A stretch of DNA of 40,016 bases from Gammaproteobacteria bacterium (lineage in GTDB: Bacteria > Pseudomonadota > Gammaproteobacteria > Magnimaribacterales > TMED112), in contig NZKB01000026.1 of NCBI GenBank assembly GCA_002692425.1, positions 1-40,016 on the forward strand, read 5' to 3'. A model generated the notes under the pieces. That model was not told the origin of the DNA. It searched no databases and saw only the letters and a list, made by a program, of their open reading frames with translations. The translations under genes were made by a program, and so were the position numbers. Of the stretch, positions 1 to 9,865 are shown one piece after another (position 1 is the stretch's first letter; each line of letters opens with the position of its first letter).

Positions 1-350
1 TTAAATTCAGAATTTCCAATTGATTCAATTACCTCAATACTAGATGTTAAACACATACCATTTTCAACAACTAATGATTCTTTGTGATTGGTTTGATTAT
101 GGATAATAAATAATTTATTCATATCAACCGGACCACCATTCAATAGATTTTTTCTTTGGATATCAGCATTAATTTTCAATGATTTAAAAATTATATTTTC
201 ACTAATAGGTACGACTTTATTCATAACAATACCCAATGCTCCTTGTTGGTTATGTTCAAAGATATAAATTAAAGAATTATAGAAATAATCGTTTTGATTT
301 TTTTCTTGGAAATATAAGAATTTATTCACAAAAAAATTTTCTTCTGACAT
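1..350 (-). CDS. yqgE: YqgE/AlgH (UPF0301) family protein, partial (C-terminus lies beyond the window edge)
   Basis: This minus-strand ORF is missing from the supplied track because it runs off the window. The ATG is the reverse complement of 348-350. The translation MSEENFF..FYNSLIYIFEHNQQGALGIVMNKVV..LLNGGPVDMNKLFIIH..TSSIEVIESIG matches the conserved blocks of E. coli YqgE ([35 protein letters not shown]). Confidence 0.8.
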   Translation of the reverse strand, partial: MSEENFFVNKFLYFQEKNQNDYFYNSLIYIFEHNQQGALGIVMNKVVPISENIIFKSLKINADIQRKNLLNGGPVDMNKLFIIHNQTNHKESLVVENGMCLTSSIEVIESIGNSEF

Positions 351-384
351 AATCTAATCTTTATTAAACGTATTTTTTTATTAT

Positions 385-2043
385 ATGTCTGAACCAAAAA
401 TTTCTACAAAACAAAATTTATCAGAAGCCTTCTCAGAACTAAGAAAATTAAATCCACTTCTGGAATTAACTGATCGAGAAATTAATGGAGTTAATTTTAA
501 GGTTTTTCAAAATGCTCCTAAAACCATGAGAGACCTTTTTGCAGTCATAGAGCTGTTACAAGGAGATTTTCCATTTATTAACGAAGATGATAAAGAATTA
601 TCCTTCTTTGAATCTATTGCTAAAGCTAAAAGCATATGTAAGTTCTTACAAGATGAGGGTATAAAAACAAACGACAGAGTAGGGATATGTATGCAAAATT
701 GTATTGAATGGGCTGTCATATACTTAGCATTAGCTGGTTATGGAGCTACTGCAGTGCCTTTTAATTCATGGTGGAAAAAGGAAGAGCTCGATTACGGTAT
801 TGAACATAGTGAAGTTAAATTGATATTTGTTGATCAAAAAAGATATGAATTATTGAAAAACCATAAAATAAAAAAAGTTGTTATAAAACCTATCGATGAC
901 TGCATTACATATGAAGAAATATCTAACAACATGGTACAGGATTGGCCTGAAAGTAATGCATCTGATGAAGATCTTACGGTTTTACTTTACACATCTGGAT
1001 CTACAGGTCTACCTAAGGGTGTTATGTTAACCCACCTTGCAATTATCAACGGATTATTCAGTTTTTATACATTAGGAGAATTGCGGAAAATTGTTCATCA
1101 AGAAGTTCTTCTTGACGTTGAAAATGCATCAGTTCTCATAAATGTACCTTTATTTCATGTTACTGGTTTAGTAACACAATTTTTGCTTTCGATGTTAGCG
1201 AAAAGAAAAATAATTATCATGCATAAATGGGATGCAACTTATGCTTTAGATCTTATAGAAGAACATAAAGTGACAAATCTTAGTGGTGTACCTACCCAAA
1301 GTTGGGACTTGATGAATCATCCAGATGTTGATAAATATGATCTATCTTCATTAATAGATATTGGTGCAGGTGGAGCGGCTAGACCAGAGGATCAAGTCTT
1401 TAATTTACATGAAAAGTTCAATGTACCAATGACGTTTGCATGGGGTATGACAGAAACATCTGCGCTAGGAACGATTTTAAGAGGTAATGATTACCTTAAA
1501 AGACCAAATAGCGCAGGCTTAATAGTTCCTGATATCACTGAAATTGACATTATGGATGAAGATAATAATTTCTTAAAAAGTAACTCTGTAGGAGAAATTG
1601 TGTTTAAGTCACCATCCAATACTATTGGTTATCTTAAAAATGAAGAAGAAACTAAAAACACAATTATAAATGGCTGGCTTAAAACTGGTGATCTTGGTTA
1701 TCTCGATGATGATGGATATCTTTTTATATTAGATAGAAAAAAAGCATTAATAATTCGAGGCGGGGAGAATATTTCTTGTTTAGAGGTTGAGAATGCTCTC
1801 GATAAACATCCAGAGATAATTGAATCATGTGTGTCTGGAATAGAAGATGAAAAATTTGGAGAAATTGTCGGTGCATATATTTATGCAAAGAATCCTATAG
1901 ACAAAGATGATTTAATGTTATTTTTAAAAGAAAAACTAGCTAACTATAAAATTCCTGAAGTCGTCTTATTTACAAATGATGCATTACCAAGAATTGCTTC
2001 AGAAAAAATTGATAGAGTTAAAGTTAAGGAATTATTATCATAA
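385..2043 (+). CDS. AMP-dependent acyl-CoA synthetase/ligase (FadD-like adenylate-forming enzyme)
   Basis: 552-aa ORF carrying the AMP-binding signature LLYTSGSTGLPKGV, the downstream GMTET motif, GWLKTGD, and a C-terminal KIPE..LPR..S.KI block. All are typical of the ANL superfamily. Confidence 0.85.
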   Translation: MSEPKISTKQNLSEAFSELRKLNPLLELTDREINGVNFKVFQNAPKTMRDLFAVIELLQGDFPFINEDDKELSFFESIAKAKSICKFLQDEGIKTNDRVGICMQNCIEWAVIYLALAGYGATAVPFNSWWKKEELDYGIEHSEVKLIFVDQKRYELLKNHKIKKVVIKPIDDCITYEEISNNMVQDWPESNASDEDLTVLLYTSGSTGLPKGVMLTHLAIINGLFSFYTLGELRKIVHQEVLLDVENASVLINVPLFHVTGLVTQFLLSMLAKRKIIIMHKWDATYALDLIEEHKVTNLSGVPTQSWDLMNHPDVDKYDLSSLIDIGAGGAARPEDQVFNLHEKFNVPMTFAWGMTETSALGTILRGNDYLKRPNSAGLIVPDITEIDIMDEDNNFLKSNSVGEIVFKSPSNTIGYLKNEEETKNTIINGWLKTGDLGYLDDDGYLFILDRKKALIIRGGENISCLEVENALDKHPEIIESCVSGIEDEKFGEIVGAYIYAKNPIDKDDLMLFLKEKLANYKIPEVVLFTNDALPRIASEKIDRVKVKELLS

Positions 2044-2064
2044 CAAGATTAATGAATATGAATT

Positions 2065-2751
2065 ATGACAATGACAAATAAAGTATTTATCGTTGAAGAT
2101 GAGCCTGATCTTAGAGATACGCTGAAATATAATTTTGAAAATGAAGGTTTCCAAGTTGAATCTTTTGCAAACGGCGAATCATTCATAGATTTTATAGAAA
2201 AAAAGAAACCTAATTTAGTTGTCCTTGATTTAATGTTGCCAGGCCTTTCAGGTTTAGATGTGTGCAGAGAACTAAGATCAAAAGATAAATATGATGATAT
2301 TTCTGTAATTATGCTTACAGCTAAAAGTGAAGAAATTGATAGAATTGTAGGCTTTGAATTAGGTGCTGATGATTACGTAACAAAACCTTTCAGTGTTAGA
2401 GAACTTATTTTAAGGGTTAAAGTGCTCCTTAAGAAAAGAGCAGATAATCCTTCCGATGAACATATACTTGAATTTGGTCCAATTTCAATGAACCTCGAAG
2501 CGCATGATGTATCTATAAATGGAGAAAGTATTCTTTTAACTGCACTGGAATTTAAACTCTTAAAACATTTGCTTACAAGAAAGGGCAGAGTACAGACTAG
2601 AGACCAATTACTAGGGGATGTTTGGGGTTACAGTGCAGAAGTAACTACAAGAACTGTTGATACACATATTAAAAGGCTTAGAGAAAAACTTGGAAAAACT
2701 GGAGATTTTATACAAACAATAAGAGGTGTTGGTTATAAATTTAACAATTAA
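2065..2751 (+). CDS. phoB: OmpR/PhoB-family response regulator (PhoB-like)
   Basis: The receiver domain ([18 protein letters not shown]..D...G...GADDYVTKPFS.REL) is collinear with E. coli PhoB ([39 protein letters not shown]). A winged-helix C-terminus is present (TRTVDTHIKRLREKL...IQTIRGVGYKF). The gene symbol is tentative and rests on this similarity plus the phosphorus-gene context. Confidence 0.8.
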   Translation: MTMTNKVFIVEDEPDLRDTLKYNFENEGFQVESFANGESFIDFIEKKKPNLVVLDLMLPGLSGLDVCRELRSKDKYDDISVIMLTAKSEEIDRIVGFELGADDYVTKPFSVRELILRVKVLLKKRADNPSDEHILEFGPISMNLEAHDVSINGESILLTALEFKLLKHLLTRKGRVQTRDQLLGDVWGYSAEVTTRTVDTHIKRLREKLGKTGDFIQTIRGVGYKFNN

Positions 2752-2756
2752 CCTTG

Positions 2757-4526
2757 ATGTTTAATTTTTTTTCCTCAATTAAGATTTCTAGAATATTTCT
2801 ATTATCAATTTTATTTCTAACTTTCATTATTTTTATAGTAGTTACTATTTTTTCTACATTTATTTATAACAATTCAAAAGTACAGCTTGTTGAATCGCTC
2901 TATATCCAGGCACAATCAATCAATAAGTTGATGCCAGAGTATGATCAAAATATCAATTTTGATGAATACGCTGATTCTTTGACAATTCAAGATTCTGAAT
3001 TTAATGAGTTACGAGTAACAATTATTGATAAAAATTGGGATGTGATAGGCGACTCTTTAGTTGAAAGAGAAAATTTGTATTTATTAGAAAAACATTCCCC
3101 AGCAACAAGAAAAGAAATAAAGGATGCATTAAATAGTGTTTATGGTACGACAAGCAGAACAAGTGAATCTACTGGGTTAGACTTGATATATGTTGCGATT
3201 CAAAGGGATCCAAATAATTTAGAGAAAGGATTAGTGAGAGTAGCTTTACCATTCGATATATGGGGGTCATTCTTTAATTTTTTTATTTATCCATTCCTGG
3301 TCTTATTTATCCTTGTTATAGCCTCTTCGAGTTTTCTAAGTTTAAATATTGAATACAAATTAAGAAGAGATTTAGATTCACTACTAAAAAGCACTAGAAA
3401 AGCCATTAAGGGTCAAAATATATCAGAACTAAATAGTGGAGATGAGCAGTTAAGTACTTTGTCAGATGCAGTAAGGCAGATCGCACAAAGATTAAATTTA
3501 GAAGTAGAACAAGCTATTGAACAAAGAACAGAGTTCGGGACTGTTTTAGACAGCATGAATCAAGGTGTAATTATATTTAATAAAAACCAAAAGGTAAGAT
3601 TTTCGAATGATATAGCACTTGAAATGTTTGGTAAACATCAATTCTTTCTTAAAGAAAAAATTCAGGTAAAAAAACTCCAACCAATCAACAAACTCCTTAA
3701 AAAACTTAAGAAAATTTCTTCTGAAGAAATTGAGCTCTCAATTAAAGTTAAAAATGTAGATAAACATTTTTTAATATCAGGTTCACGAATGGAATCAACA
3801 AATGAATATATTATGGTCATCAGTGATATATCATCCTTAAGGAAACTTGAAGATTTACGAAAAAATTTAATATCTGATATATCACATGAAATTAAAACGC
3901 CTGTTGCTGTAATTAGAGCAGGCTCCGAAACCCTTTATTCAGGAAATATTAAAGATTCAAAAATTGTATCAAAATTCACTAAATCAATTCTGGATAATTC
4001 AGAAAGATTAAGTGAAATGATTGATGATCTCTTAGAACTAGAAAAAATTGAGTTTGGAGGTCTAGTTCTAAAAAAAGAAAAAATTATGCCTCATAAAGAA
4101 ATTAATAAGATTTTAAGTACTATAGAAGCTCTTCTTCTTGAAAATAAACTTGTTGTAGAAAATTTAATACCGGAAGGTTTGGTGATAAAAACAGACAAAG
4201 AATCTTTCAGAGCAATATTTTTTAATTTGTTGAATAATGCAATTAAATATTCACCAAAGGAATCTAAAATTAGTTTTAATGCTGTTATGAAAGGGGGAAG
4301 TTCAGTAATCTCAATTAAAGATAATGGCTATGGAATTGAAAAAAATAGTCTTCACAGAGTATTTGAACGATTTTACAGGTCTGCAAAAGCTAGAGCCCAT
4401 ACAAAAGGAACTGGACTGGGTTTAGCGCTAGTGAAACAACTATCAACTAGAATAGGTGCAAATGTGTCAGTAGAGTCAAAAATTAATATTGGCACTGAAT
4501 TTTTTGTTTCATTCCAACACAAGTAG
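2757..4526 (+). CDS. phoR: Sensor histidine kinase (2 TM, periplasmic domain, PAS, HisKA, HATPase_c; PhoR-like)
   Basis: H-box DISHEIKTPVAVI, N-box NLLNNAIKYSP, G1 box DNGYGIE and G2 box GTGLGLALV are present, with a PAS-like segment EFGTVLDSMNQGVIIFN. Two hydrophobic helices sit at about aa 13-37 and 171-196. I prefer the ATG at 2757 over the TTG at 2754. The gene symbol is tentative. Confidence 0.8.
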   Translation: MFNFFSSIKISRIFLLSILFLTFIIFIVVTIFSTFIYNNSKVQLVESLYIQAQSINKLMPEYDQNINFDEYADSLTIQDSEFNELRVTIIDKNWDVIGDSLVERENLYLLEKHSPATRKEIKDALNSVYGTTSRTSESTGLDLIYVAIQRDPNNLEKGLVRVALPFDIWGSFFNFFIYPFLVLFILVIASSSFLSLNIEYKLRRDLDSLLKSTRKAIKGQNISELNSGDEQLSTLSDAVRQIAQRLNLEVEQAIEQRTEFGTVLDSMNQGVIIFNKNQKVRFSNDIALEMFGKHQFFLKEKIQVKKLQPINKLLKKLKKISSEEIELSIKVKNVDKHFLISGSRMESTNEYIMVISDISSLRKLEDLRKNLISDISHEIKTPVAVIRAGSETLYSGNIKDSKIVSKFTKSILDNSERLSEMIDDLLELEKIEFGGLVLKKEKIMPHKEINKILSTIEALLLENKLVVENLIPEGLVIKTDKESFRAIFFNLLNNAIKYSPKESKISFNAVMKGGSSVISIKDNGYGIEKNSLHRVFERFYRSAKARAHTKGTGLGLALVKQLSTRIGANVSVESKINIGTEFFVSFQHK

Positions 4527-4539
4527 TAAAATCTCTTTT

Positions 4540-4977
4540 ATGAGTAAACCAGATTTAATAAGACTTTCTATGTTTTCATTGCTTTTATTATTTGTCTTAT
4601 TTTTTTATTACAATTTGGGTTTTTTGTCTTTCACAAAAGTTAACATCTCAGAGGAGTTACCTAAACCACTGAAAACTACAAGAGAATCAATACAAACGAC
4701 ACAAGATATAGGATCTATTGAGACAGCAAAAAAATTATCATTGGGTTTTGAGCTTGTTGGTATAAGAGGAAATAATCCAGAAAGTACAATTATTATCCTA
4801 GACAAAGACAAGTACAAACTTATTGAACAAGGTGAAAATATTACTAATCAAATAAGTTTTTCTCACGTCGAGGGTTCTAGGGCTTATTTTTTTGATGGTA
4901 AAGACTATAGTTTTCTTGATATCATAGGTTCTGAGAAATCTTTCAATCAAGACAGAATAGATCTGATAAAGGATTAG
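4540..4977 (+). CDS. gspC: Type II secretion system protein C, minimal form (TM helix plus HR domain only)
   Basis: Starts at ATG 4540 (MSKPDLIRLSMFSLLLLFVLFF...), which gives an N-terminal TM helix. The block LSLGFELVGIRGNNPESTIIILDKDKYKLIEQGENI..ISFSHVEGSRAYFF resembles the GspC HR (secretin-binding) domain. It lies directly upstream of gspD. The track ORF start at 4489 overlaps the kinase gene and was rejected. Confidence 0.6.
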   Translation: MSKPDLIRLSMFSLLLLFVLFFYYNLGFLSFTKVNISEELPKPLKTTRESIQTTQDIGSIETAKKLSLGFELVGIRGNNPESTIIILDKDKYKLIEQGENITNQISFSHVEGSRAYFFDGKDYSFLDIIGSEKSFNQDRIDLIKD

Positions 4978-4981
4978 GAAC

Positions 4982-6799
4982 ATGAAAAAATTAATTTTCA
5001 CAGCATTATTGTCTCTGTCGTTAGCAGCACAGGATCAAAATATTTTCTATAAAGATGCTGATATAAAAACTTTTGCACAAGATATTGCACTCTTGACAGA
5101 TAAAACAATTATTTTAGATCCAAGAGTAAAAGGTGTAATTTCAATCTATTCTGATGCACCACTTGATTCTGAATCAATATGGGAAGTATTTATTTCTACG
5201 ATGGAGGTCCAAGGATATAACGTACTTAAAGATGGCAATATATACAGAGTCATCCCTTCTCAAGAGGGCGTAAAGAACTTTTCTGAAGATGGACCATTAG
5301 CTGGTTCAATTGGATCAGAAGTAATTAAATTAAGATTTTCTAGTGCAAAAGATATTGTTAATGCTGTTAAGCCAATAGTTGGCGTGAGGTCATATATTGT
5401 TGCTTTACAGAATGATAGAGAAGTTCTTATAGCTGATGATGCAGATAACATAAAGAGAGTAAGGGATATTATAAGAAATCTAGATTCAGAATTAGATACA
5501 AGTATTTCCGATTTTAAATTAAAAAACTTATCTGCTATAGAAGCATTGCGATTAATTAATTCCCTTAAAGCAGACCCTAATACTCGATTTGATAAATTAG
5601 CTGTAGCTACTTTTCAAGGATCAAATAAACTAATCTTTAGTGGTCCACTTGAAATAGTCACTAGAGCAAAAAGATTAATATCTCAGTTAGATTTGGATAA
5701 TAGTTTAAATGAAAATACAAAAGTAATTTATCTTAACTATTCACAAGCTGAGGATATTTTAAAGATCCTGAAAGATGTTTCAGCCTCATTCAACCAAGAA
5801 CAAAATATTGATTATAAAACTGTTATTACATCACATGAGGAGACTAATTCAATTGTAATTAGATCCAATCCTCAAACTATTAAGACATTAACTTCAATTG
5901 TGGAACAGTTAGATATTAGAAGACCTCAAGTTTACGTGGAAGCTATAATTGTAGAAATATCAGATGAATCAGCTAAAGCATTAGGCGTAGACACAATCTA
6001 TTCAGGTGATGCTACAAACAATACCCCAATAGCATTATCACGATTTCCATCATCAAATAGTCCAGATCTTCTATCTCTAGCTATAAGTGCAGACGATGAT
6101 TCAAATTTAGGTGCTAATACTAGTGCAGCATCATCACTTTTAAGCACAAGAGGTCTTGTAGCCGGCGTTGGTAATATAATTGATGGTGAGGACAATTTTG
6201 CAATGCTGCTCTCCGTCCTAAAAGAAGATGCAAATTCAAATATATTATCAACACCTTCAGCTGTTGTTATGGATAATGAGGAAGCATCACTTCTAGTGGG
6301 TCAAGAGATACCAATAACAACAGGTGAATCATTAGGAACAAATAATTTAACACCTTTTAGAACTACAGCAAGGGAAGAAATTGGCATTAAATTAGAAGTA
6401 AAACCTCAAATTAATGAATCTGATTCAGTAGCGTTATTTATAAGACAAGAAGTTTCTAGTATTGCTGGATCTCAACTACCCAATACATCAGATTTAATTA
6501 CCAATAAGAGAGAAATTGAAACAACTGTTTTAGCCGACAATGGTGAAATACTGGTTTTAGGTGGGCTTATTAGTGAAGATATTCAAGAATCTGTAAATAA
6601 AGTTCCTATACTTGGCGATTTACCAATACTAGGAGCTTTATTTAGATCATCTGCCATGTCAGTACAAGAAAGAAACTTGATGATCTTTTTAAGACCTACA
6701 ATCTTAAGAGACTCAATAACAACGAAGGATCTATCTGAAGAAAAGTTTAATTTAATTCGAGCAAAACAGTTACTCCAAGAAGAAGATACAAGTAACTAA
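4982..6799 (+). CDS. gspD: Type II secretion system secretin GspD
   Basis: Signal peptide, N0-like start (FYKDADIKTFAQDIALLTDKTIILDPRVKGVISI), and the secretin C-domain with VPILGDLPILGALFRS and NLMIFLRPTIL. Confidence 0.95.
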   Translation: MKKLIFTALLSLSLAAQDQNIFYKDADIKTFAQDIALLTDKTIILDPRVKGVISIYSDAPLDSESIWEVFISTMEVQGYNVLKDGNIYRVIPSQEGVKNFSEDGPLAGSIGSEVIKLRFSSAKDIVNAVKPIVGVRSYIVALQNDREVLIADDADNIKRVRDIIRNLDSELDTSISDFKLKNLSAIEALRLINSLKADPNTRFDKLAVATFQGSNKLIFSGPLEIVTRAKRLISQLDLDNSLNENTKVIYLNYSQAEDILKILKDVSASFNQEQNIDYKTVITSHEETNSIVIRSNPQTIKTLTSIVEQLDIRRPQVYVEAIIVEISDESAKALGVDTIYSGDATNNTPIALSRFPSSNSPDLLSLAISADDDSNLGANTSAASSLLSTRGLVAGVGNIIDGEDNFAMLLSVLKEDANSNILSTPSAVVMDNEEASLLVGQEIPITTGESLGTNNLTPFRTTAREEIGIKLEVKPQINESDSVALFIRQEVSSIAGSQLPNTSDLITNKREIETTVLADNGEILVLGGLISEDIQESVNKVPILGDLPILGALFRSSAMSVQERNLMIFLRPTILRDSITTKDLSEEKFNLIRAKQLLQEEDTSN

Positions 6800-6801
6800 A
6801 T

Positions 6802-8244
6802 ATGAACTTACCTTTAACTTATAACTACTGTAAAACAAATAAAATTACCCTTATAAATAAGGCAAATAAATCAACAATTCATACTTGTGGCTCATTAAAA
6901 CCATCAGTTTTATCGTCTATACAAAATTTTCTTCTGGATGACGTAGAGAAGAAAAGTCATTCAGATGATGAATTTGAAAGTTTACTTACAGAACTCTATA
7001 CAGATCAATCTGATGATTATGATTTTTCAAATATTGAAGATCTTGACCTCATTGATATAGCTAATGCTATATCTCCATCAGATGATCTTCTGGATGACAA
7101 GAATAAGGGCCCAATAATTAAATTAATTAACGCCACAATAACAAAAGCCGTTAAAGCCAGAGCGTCTGATATTCATTTAGAACCATTTGAAAATAAATTA
7201 AGTATTAGATTTAGGGTAGATGGAGTTCTAAGAGAGGTGCTTCAATATCAAAAGAATATTACTCAAATGATAATTTCAAGAATAAAAATAATGTCGAAAT
7301 TAGATATTTCTGAAAGACGATTGCCTCAAGATGGAAGAATCTCAATATCTGTAGGTAAAAGAGATATAGATTTGAGGGTATCAACACTACCTTCGTCATT
7401 TGGTGAGAGAGTTGTATTGAGGATTCTAGAAAAAGATAAAACACACATTCAACTGGATCAATTGGGTTTTTCAGATGAAATATTAAAAAACTTTCGAAAA
7501 AACCTTGGAAAAAATGAAGGTATTATCCTTGTTACTGGACCAACAGGTTCAGGTAAAACAACATCACTTTATTCTGGTCTTAGAGAGATATCTGATAGAT
7601 CTCAAAATATTCTAACAATCGAAGATCCAGTTGAGTACGCTCTTGAAGGAATTGGGCAAACCCAAGTAAATACTAAGACAGGACTTACTTTTGCTAAGGG
7701 TCTAAGAGCTATTCTAAGACAGGATCCAGATATTGTGATGGTTGGTGAAATTAGAGATAAAGAAACAGCAGAAATAGCTATTCAAGCTAGTTTAACAGGT
7801 CATTTAGTGCTATCAACAGTACACACTAATAGTGCTGTTAATGCTATTACTCGTTTAAGAGATATGGGTATTGAACCTTATTTACTATCATCAAGTCTTG
7901 TATATGTTTTATCTCAAAGACTCGTTAGACAATTATGCCCACATTGTAAAACTATTGACGACGACAATAAAAATTTACTCGATAAATATAAAATAAAGGG
8001 CAAAGCATACAAATCTGTTGGGTGCAATAAATGTGATAATACTGGTTATAAAGGTAGATTAAGTATTGGCGAATATATATCGATAGATGAAAAAATAAGT
8101 GAATTTATACATAACTCAGCTTCTGAAAATGAAATTTCTGATTATGTTTACGCAAATAATAAAAAAATATATGAGAATGGCCTTCAAGTTGTAGCAAATG
8201 GTGATACATCGCTATCAGAATTAATGCGTGTTATTGAAGATTAA
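6802..8244 (+). CDS. gspE: Type II secretion ATPase GspE
   Basis: Walker A GPTGSGKTT, Asp boxes, His box TGHLVLSTVHTN, and a tetracysteine motif CPHC...CNKC. Confidence 0.95.
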   Translation: MNLPLTYNYCKTNKITLINKANKSTIHTCGSLKPSVLSSIQNFLLDDVEKKSHSDDEFESLLTELYTDQSDDYDFSNIEDLDLIDIANAISPSDDLLDDKNKGPIIKLINATITKAVKARASDIHLEPFENKLSIRFRVDGVLREVLQYQKNITQMIISRIKIMSKLDISERRLPQDGRISISVGKRDIDLRVSTLPSSFGERVVLRILEKDKTHIQLDQLGFSDEILKNFRKNLGKNEGIILVTGPTGSGKTTSLYSGLREISDRSQNILTIEDPVEYALEGIGQTQVNTKTGLTFAKGLRAILRQDPDIVMVGEIRDKETAEIAIQASLTGHLVLSTVHTNSAVNAITRLRDMGIEPYLLSSSLVYVLSQRLVRQLCPHCKTIDDDNKNLLDKYKIKGKAYKSVGCNKCDNTGYKGRLSIGEYISIDEKISEFIHNSASENEISDYVYANNKKIYENGLQVVANGDTSLSELMRVIED

Positions 8245-9440
8245 TGGCTACTTTTAAATACAATGCATTTGATGCAAATGAAAGAAACTCAAAAGGTTTT
8301 GTAAATGCTTCTGATGTAGATGAAGCTAAATTGATATTAAAGAATAGGGGCCTTAATCCTCTAACAATTGAAAAAAGCCGCCAAAAAAGAGCATCAATCA
8401 GAATTTCAAATAATAATCTTTCAATATTTACTAAACAAATGTCAGCACTATTAGGTGCAGGTACTCCTATAGAGAAATGCTTATCACTACTTAGCAAACA
8501 GTCTTCTAATATAAAATTTTCACAAATTTTACTTAGTATCAATGAAGACATAACTGAAGGTAATAGTCTCAGCTCAGCTATGAAAAAATATCCATCAATA
8601 TTTGATGAAATATATACATCCACAATATATGCTGGAGAAACCTCCGCATCTCTTTCAGAGGTATTTCATGACTTATCAGTTTATTTAGACAAAGAGGCTA
8701 AAATCAGATCACAAGTTATAGGAGCTTTAATCTACCCCGCAGTTTTATTTGTTGTATCTATTGCTGTAATTTATTCACTTCTAAGTTTTGTTTTACCGCA
8801 AGTTGTCGAACAGTTTGTTAGTTCAAATGTAGAATTACCCTTATTAACTCAAACTTTACTCGCTTTTTCTGAAATCTTTCCAATCATAATAGGTTCTTTG
8901 TTAGCAATACTTATTTCTATATATGTAGTACAAGTAACTAATATCATCCCATTGAAGTATCAATTACTCATATCTAAATATTTTCTGTTTACTCCATTGA
9001 TAGGACCAATCATTTTATATGATCAAACTGCTCGATTTTGTTCATCTATGAGATTAATGACAAAAGCTGGATTAAATACCATTGATAGTCTCCAGATAGC
9101 ACAAAATACCTTTAAAAATAAATATTTAAGAGCCCAGGTTGCAAAAGTAGTAAACAAAGTCATTGCTGGCACTTCAATTAGTAAAGCATTCTCTCAAGCT
9201 CATATTTTCCCCGATGTTTTCCAACAACTCTTAAGTTCTGGTGATATGGGCAGTCAAGTCAGCGAAATGTTTGAAAAGACAAAGGAATTTTTAGATCAGG
9301 AGGTAGACACTCGCAGAAATCTACTTCTAACTTTATTGCAACCAATAGTTATTCTTACAATGGGTGTTTTTGTTATGTTAATTGTTTTATCAATAATGTT
9401 GCCTTTATTGCAAATGAATAATTTAATATTCAGTATATGA
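8244..9440 (+). CDS. gspF: Type II secretion inner-membrane platform protein GspF
   Basis: 398 aa with two GspF-type cytoplasmic repeats and three hydrophobic helices. TAATG junction with gspE and ATGA junction with gspG. Confidence 0.9.
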   Translation: MATFKYNAFDANERNSKGFVNASDVDEAKLILKNRGLNPLTIEKSRQKRASIRISNNNLSIFTKQMSALLGAGTPIEKCLSLLSKQSSNIKFSQILLSINEDITEGNSLSSAMKKYPSIFDEIYTSTIYAGETSASLSEVFHDLSVYLDKEAKIRSQVIGALIYPAVLFVVSIAVIYSLLSFVLPQVVEQFVSSNVELPLLTQTLLAFSEIFPIIIGSLLAILISIYVVQVTNIIPLKYQLLISKYFLFTPLIGPIILYDQTARFCSSMRLMTKAGLNTIDSLQIAQNTFKNKYLRAQVAKVVNKVIAGTSISKAFSQAHIFPDVFQQLLSSGDMGSQVSEMFEKTKEFLDQEVDTRRNLLLTLLQPIVILTMGVFVMLIVLSIMLPLLQMNNLIFSI

Positions 9441-9865
9441 AAAAGTTAATAAAAAAAGGCTTTACACTTTTAGAGCTATTAATTGTTATTGTGATATTAG
9501 GACTTCTTGTCTCCTTAGTATCTGTAAATTTTTTACCAACTTTAAGTAATGCGTATACTGAGGTAGCTAGACAAGATATTTCAAGACTACAACAAGCACT
9601 TGTTATGTTTAAGATTAATGAAGGTTCATACCCAACATCAAATCAAGGTCTTGAAAGCTTAAAAACAAATCCTGGCAATCTTAAAAATCCTTCTAAATAT
9701 CCAAATGGTGGATATATAAATAAATTACCAGTTGATCCTTGGGGAAATACTTACGTTTATATTTATCCAGGTCAATATGGTGAATATGATATTGTTTCAT
9801 TAGGTGCTGACGGCCAGCCTGGTGGAGAAGGGGAAAATGCAGACATTGGTAACTGGACTAACTAA
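9437..9865 (+). CDS. gspG: Major pseudopilin GspG
   Basis: Prepilin leader and cleavage motif KKGFTLLELLIVIVILGLL, conserved DPWGNTYVY and GADGQPGGEGENADI. Confidence 0.95.
   Translation: MKKLIKKGFTLLELLIVIVILGLLVSLVSVNFLPTLSNAYTEVARQDISRLQQALVMFKINEGSYPTSNQGLESLKTNPGNLKNPSKYPNGGYINKLPVDPWGNTYVYIYPGQYGEYDIVSLGADGQPGGEGENADIGNWTN

Noticed and set aside
2065-2077. ATGACAATGACAA at the phoB-like start. It resembles two reverse-complement Pho half-sites (ATGACAG).
   Set aside because: The repeat spacing is 6 nt rather than 11 nt, and the sequence is simply the duplicated Met-Thr start codons of the gene.
4489-4539. Upstream extension of the gspC ORF (MALNFLFHSNTSSKISF...) that overlaps the kinase gene.
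   Set aside because: The extension is the kinase 3' end read in another frame. The Met at 4540 gives a normal N-terminus (short charged region plus TM helix) directly after the kinase stop.
8231-8623. 130-aa minus-strand ORF antisense to the gspE/gspF junction.
   Set aside because: It lies wholly inside two strongly motif-supported genes. It has no recognisable motifs and no RBS. Long antisense ORFs are expected by chance in AT-rich coding DNA.
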